From Fidelibacterota bacterium (GTDB lineage Bacteria > Fidelibacterota > Marinisomatia > Marinisomatales > JABMOV01), in contig JBHHUC010000024.1 in the NCBI GenBank assembly GCA_046861395.1, positions 1 through 32,242 on the forward strand: a stretch of DNA of 32,242 nt. The letters are read 5' to 3'. The position numbers were made by a program, and so were the translations under genes. Positions within the stretch are counted from its first letter, which is position 1. Every line of letters starts with the position of its first letter. This document shows positions 28,365-32,242 of this stretch, one piece after another. The notes under the pieces are model-generated. The model worked only from the letters and a program-made list of their open reading frames with translations, was not told the DNA's origin and ran no database searches.

Positions 28365-28777
28365 GCCGGACAGATCCCATAGAGTTGATGGCTGTGATGT
28401 TTTAAAACAAAGCCATGGTCACTGGCTATCCGTTCCTGCCGGGTTTCGACTTCAGGGTCAATAAATTCGATGATTTCACCGCATTCAAGACATACCAGAT
28501 GATCATGATGGTCCGGGTTCAGTTTATGTTCGTAACGAACTTTTCCATCCCCGATATCCAGGGCGCGAGCCAGCTTATGGCGTACCAGGACATCAATGGT
28601 GCGGTAAACCGTAGCGCGGGAAACAGAAACACCGCGCCGTTTCAATGTAAAATATATATCTTCAGCGTCACGATGGTCATTATTGGAACATAATTCCTGA
28701 TAAATGGCTTCGCGCTGTGACGTGTATCTGAGACCCTCAGCCTGCAGGACGGATCGCAATACGGCGGATTTATTCAT
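28343..28777 (-). CDS. fur: Fur-family transcriptional regulator
   Basis: Motifs RYTSQR, SRATVYRT, HHDHLVCLECG and CPAC. The SD AAGGAG at 28784-28789 favours the ATG at 28777. Confidence 0.9.
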   Translation of the reverse strand: MNKSAVLRSVLQAEGLRYTSQREAIYQELCSNNDHRDAEDIYFTLKRRGVSVSRATVYRTIDVLVRHKLARALDIGDGKVRYEHKLNPDHHDHLVCLECGEIIEFIDPEVETRQERIASDHGFVLKHHSHQLYGICPACRRRNH

Positions 28778-28791
28778 AATCATCTCCTTAT

Positions 28792-28806
28792 TGAGAATGA
28801 GTCTCA
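28792..28806. promoter_or_regulatory. Fur box (7-1-7 inverted repeat TGAGAAT-G-AGTCTCA)
   Basis: Six of seven pairs are symmetric and it resembles TGATAAT-N-ATTATCA. It lies between the putative -10 and the SD of fur-feoAB. Confidence 0.75.
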
Positions 28807-28809
28807 TGG

Positions 28810-28839
28810 AAATTACGTATAAATATTTTCCAGTGACAA
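28810..28839 (-). promoter_or_regulatory. Putative promoter of fur-feoAB (TTGTCA-N18-TAATTT)
   Basis: Both hexamers read on the minus strand immediately upstream of the Fur box. Confidence 0.6.
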
Positions 28840-28883
28840 GGGTTCGTACGAAAAGATTCTATACTGCGGTACCGGGAAAGAAA

Positions 28884-31061
28884 TCAGGCCGTTTCGACCT
28901 TTTTCAGGTTGGCATATTTTACAATTAATTTTTTCTTCAGTCCGTCCTTGAAGACTACACCGACACGCTGATTTTCTCCCATACCCGTCAGAGCCATGAT
29001 TTTTCCGATGCCAAAGATGGCGTGCTCCACATAGTCACCCACCTTGAAATCATCAAAATCCACCACGGTGCGGGAAACTTTCACGCGGGTTCGGCCGGAT
29101 CGACCTTTGTACACTTTTTTGGTTAAGGCCGATTCGAAGGAAATGCTGTCCAGTAATGTTTCCGGTATTTCACGAACGAACCGTGAAACCAGACCGACAT
29201 CATAATCGATTCCCATACGGCGCCTGTTCTTGGCGTAGATGAGAATGGCCTTGTCCTTAGCCCGCGTCATGGCCACATAGAACAGGCGTCGCTCCTCTTC
29301 CATAGCCTTGGGATCATCCAGGGAACGATAGAGGGGAAATAAACCGTCTTCCAGTCCGGTAATGAATACGATAGGAAATTCCAGACCCTTGGCAGCGTGG
29401 ACTGTCATCAACGTTACTCGATTATTATTATCATTCCATTCATCCACACTGGACAGGAGGGACACTTCTTCGATGAAAGCGGTAAGATTCGGATCATCCG
29501 ACCGGCTTTCATAATCCTGAATACCGTTCAGAAATTCCTGGATATTGGTGATGCGATCATCCCGATCCGGGTCATCACTGACCTTATAATGGTCGATAAT
29601 TCCTGTTTCTTCTACCAGCGCCCGGGTAAATTCACCAGGACTCAGTTTGTCTACCAATTCCCTGAATTTTACAATTGTATCATGAAATTCCTTGAGGGCA
29701 GAAGCCTGTTTACCACGGATATCCATTTGGGAAGGATCTTCCAGTACATCAAATAGTTCTTTTTTCGTTTTTGCAGCTTGCACCACGCATTTATCGACCG
29801 TTTTCAAACCGATTCCCCGGGGGGGAAAATTGATAACCCGGCGCAGGGCGACCGTATCCTTGGGATTAACGATCAGCCGCAGGTAGGCTAGAATATCCTT
29901 GGTCTCCTTCCGTTCATAGAACCGGATTCCACCGACAATATTGTACGGAATTCCCATGCGGCGAAAGCTGTCCTCCAGCGCCCGGGACTGAGCATTGGTG
30001 CGGTACAGAACGGCGAAATCCCGCAATTGCCGTTTATTCAGTTTTATCTCTTTTTCCAGAGCCGATACGACGGCGTCAGCTTCCTCCAATTCGTCATCCG
30101 TTTCAATAAAACCAATTTGATCACCCTTACCATGTACCGCTTTCAGTTGCTTGACAGCCCGATGTTGATTATTACCTACTACGGCCATGGCAGCATTTAG
30201 AATCGATTGGGTAGAACGATAATTCCGTTCCAGTTTTACAACCTTGCAATCCTTGAACAATTTTTCAAAATCAAGAATATTCTGGATATCCGCTCCCCGC
30301 CAGCCATAAATGGACTGGTCATCGTCACCAACTACGGTAATATTCCGATGGACCTTGGCCAATTTACTGATGAAAAGAAATTGTGGTCGGTTGGTGTCCT
30401 GGTATTCATCCACCAGAATATATGACCAGCGTTCCTGATATTTCTTTAACAGGGAGGGACGTTTTTTAAATAGCATCAAAGGGGCGATCAGTAAATCATC
30501 AAAATCCAGGGCATCATTTTCTTTCAGCGCCTTCTGATAAGCATCATATACATCGGCATAGCGCTGGTCAATCACCCGTTTTGCCATCGCTTTGCCCTGA
30601 TCCGGTAAAATCATCTTATTTTTATAAGCACTGATCTGGTGGCTGGCTCCCTTGGGACTTATGTAATCTTTACCAATATTCATATTATCCAGAATAATGC
30701 GGAGTAACGCCTCCTGGTCCTGGGTATCATAGATGGCAAAATTGCGGGTAAAACCCAGATGATGAATTTCCTGTCGCAGGATTCGGGCACAGATGGAATG
30801 AAATGTACCGATACTCATGGCATCTACATCTGTTTTTAATAGTGTTCCTACCCTTTCCCGCATTTCTCCGGCTGCTTTATTGGTAAAGGTCACTGCCAGG
30901 ATTTTGTTCAGGTCATAACCTTCATTCCGTACCAGATACGCGATTTTATGGGTAAGCACGCGTGTTTTTCCGCTGCCTGCCCCGGCAAATACCAGGACCG
31001 GTCCTTCGGTTGCCTTAACAGCTTCTTTTTGTTCGGCGTTCAAATTTTTCAAATAAGGCAT
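28884..31061 (-). CDS. pcrA: ATP-dependent DNA helicase PcrA/UvrD
   Basis: Motifs AGAGSGKT, VDEYQDTN, GDDDQSIYGWRGA, NYRST, HAAKGLEF and EEERRLFYVAMTRA, plus a C-terminal Tudor-like domain (VEHAIFGIG). Confidence 0.95.
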   Translation of the reverse strand: MPYLKNLNAEQKEAVKATEGPVLVFAGAGSGKTRVLTHKIAYLVRNEGYDLNKILAVTFTNKAAGEMRERVGTLLKTDVDAMSIGTFHSICARILRQEIHHLGFTRNFAIYDTQDQEALLRIILDNMNIGKDYISPKGASHQISAYKNKMILPDQGKAMAKRVIDQRYADVYDAYQKALKENDALDFDDLLIAPLMLFKKRPSLLKKYQERWSYILVDEYQDTNRPQFLFISKLAKVHRNITVVGDDDQSIYGWRGADIQNILDFEKLFKDCKVVKLERNYRSTQSILNAAMAVVGNNQHRAVKQLKAVHGKGDQIGFIETDDELEEADAVVSALEKEIKLNKRQLRDFAVLYRTNAQSRALEDSFRRMGIPYNIVGGIRFYERKETKDILAYLRLIVNPKDTVALRRVINFPPRGIGLKTVDKCVVQAAKTKKELFDVLEDPSQMDIRGKQASALKEFHDTIVKFRELVDKLSPGEFTRALVEETGIIDHYKVSDDPDRDDRITNIQEFLNGIQDYESRSDDPNLTAFIEEVSLLSSVDEWNDNNNRVTLMTVHAAKGLEFPIVFITGLEDGLFPLYRSLDDPKAMEEERRLFYVAMTRAKDKAILIYAKNRRRMGIDYDVGLVSRFVREIPETLLDSISFESALTKKVYKGRSGRTRVKVSRTVVDFDDFKVGDYVEHAIFGIGKIMALTGMGENQRVGVVFKDGLKKKLIVKYANLKKVETA

Positions 31062-31066
31062 TGATG

Positions 31067-32098
31067 TTAATCCTTTTGTTCGGCCCGTTTTTGACGGCGG
31101 GCGGCTCGTCTGATTTTTTGAAATTTTCGTTTAGCTTTATTGTGCTCGGCCGGGGTGATGGAAAAAGTATGATAGCCATCGCCCCGGGCGACAAAGTATA
31201 AATATTCGTTATCATCCGGATATAGGGCCGCCAGCAGCGACTCTTTTCCGGGACTGTTAATCGGTCCCGGTGGTAGACCGTAATTGAGATAAGTATTGTA
31301 TGGCGATTTTATTTTCAAATCCCGGTTTAACAAACGACGGGGACTGTCATCAATGATATACTGGATGGTAGGGTCTGCCTGAAGGCGCATACCCAGCTTT
31401 AACCGATTATGATATACACCGGAAATTATTGGTCGTTCACTGTCATAAATTGCTTCACCCTCAATAATGGAAGCCAGCGTAACCAGTTCAAGTTCGGAAA
31501 ATCCCAGTTCTGCCGCCCGTGCTCGGTTTTTATCATTCATGACTTTGCGGTATTCCTCCACCATCGTGTGAATGATGACTTCTTCTTTCTCTCCTTCCGG
31601 GAAATAATAGGTCTCCGGAAATAAAAATCCTTCCAGGGAGGTGGAAGGGATTCCCAGCTGGTGTATGAATTGAGTATCATGACAAAGTTGCAGGAAGCGT
31701 GCTTTATCTATGCCTACCCGTTGTACCAGGTTCTCGGCAATGGTTTCCATCGTCCACCCTTCCAGTACTGTAACACGCCGGAGAACCGGGGTTCCATTGA
31801 CCAGTTGTGTAATGATCTGGAAATTGGTACGTGCTTCCTGGAGGCGATAGGTGCCAGCCGGGATATCTGTTTCATGTCCCATGGCTTTGACGGCCATGAG
31901 GAATGTTCGTCGATTGGAAATTATTTTTTGATCCAGCAATTGATTGGTTATTTCAGCTAAGGACGATCCTTTAGAGATGGCAATTTTCACGGTGTTGAAG
32001 GTATTATTCTGAGGCCACATCAAGATCAGAATCAACCAGGAAAAAAGGCTGACTGAGAAGAATCCGATGATTGGGATAAATATTTTTACCTTCGACAA
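31067..32098 (-). CDS. mltG: Endolytic transglycosylase MltG
   Basis: N-terminal TM, LEGFLFPETY, LASIIEGE, NRLKLGMRLQADPT, SPYNTYLNYGLPPGPINSPG, YLYFVARGDG. The start is uncertain (see finding on the A8 tract). Confidence 0.95.
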   Translation of the reverse strand: MSKVKIFIPIIGFFSVSLFSWLILILMWPQNNTFNTVKIAISKGSSLAEITNQLLDQKIISNRRTFLMAVKAMGHETDIPAGTYRLQEARTNFQIITQLVNGTPVLRRVTVLEGWTMETIAENLVQRVGIDKARFLQLCHDTQFIHQLGIPSTSLEGFLFPETYYFPEGEKEEVIIHTMVEEYRKVMNDKNRARAAELGFSELELVTLASIIEGEAIYDSERPIISGVYHNRLKLGMRLQADPTIQYIIDDSPRRLLNRDLKIKSPYNTYLNYGLPPGPINSPGKESLLAALYPDDNEYLYFVARGDGYHTFSITPAEHNKAKRKFQKIRRAARRQKRAEQKD

Positions 32099-32130
32099 AA
32101 TGATTATTTTTTTTCATTACACGGGGGGCG

Positions 32131-32160
32131 AAGTTACTGTTTAGTTTCAGGCCGAGTCAA
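32131..32160 (-). promoter_or_regulatory. Putative promoter of mltG-pcrA (TTGACT-N18-TAACTT)
   Basis: Near-consensus -35 and the recurring TAAHTT -10 on the minus strand. Confidence 0.6.
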
Positions 32161-32242
32161 TGAAGCGGCTCAGGTTCACCTAAAAGCCACTGCTGTCCAA
32201 AACATTTTAAAAAGGTGTTAATTCCAGCATAGTTCTCGTCGA

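Noticed and set aside
28778..28807. Longer fur start at 28807
   Set aside because: It overlaps the Fur box and the expected transcription start; the SD position supports 28777.
32190..32242. Minus-strand GACGAGAACTATGCT (DENYA) resembles the tmRNA tag ANDENYALAA
   Set aside because: It continues GINTF without ALAA-stop, there is no tRNA-like 3' end, and too little room remains before mltG. More likely the tail of an upstream gene or coincidence.
1..32242. tRNA, rRNA, CRISPR arrays, IS elements, prophage genes
   Set aside because: None recognised; intergenic gaps are short and are explained by promoters and the riboswitch.

Overview
Bacterial chromosomal window, densely coding and mostly on the minus strand. 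Gene content and order (BtuG-like lipoprotein, stand-alone YbbR-tsaD, SLBB/Wzz-type polysaccharide genes, trpS-scpAB-rluB-cmk-rpsA) suggest an FCB-group bacterium, possibly Marinimicrobia-like; this is inference only. From left to right: (1) a Wzx/Wzy-dependent surface polysaccharide cluster (ugd, rmlC, rmlB, wza-like, wzz-like, wzy, partial wzx) with an AT-rich distal end; (2) housekeeping genes (VWA membrane protein, tsaD, YbbR/CdaR-like, rpsA, cmk, rluB, scpB, scpA, trpS, HNH nuclease, NlpC/P60); (3) a cobalamin riboswitch upstream of btuB- and btuG-like genes, converging on a yhaM / ECF S-component / putative porin operon; (4) a GNAT gene, a fur-feoA-feoB operon with a Fur box, pcrA/uvrD and mltG. 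Main candidates for novelty: a chain-length-determinant (Wzz/PCP) protein fused to an N-terminal helix-turn-helix domain; a riboswitch leader containing a 24-codon upstream ORF that overlaps a hairpin-sequestered btuB ribosome-binding site; a possible BtuG-BtuB plus CbrT-like S-component route for B12 uptake; a recurring TTGnnn-N17/18-TAAHTT promoter motif; and an A8 tract that puts a canonical ATG one base out of frame with mltG. No tRNA, rRNA, CRISPR array or transposase was seen. All assignments come from reading the sequence by eye; no database searches were run.
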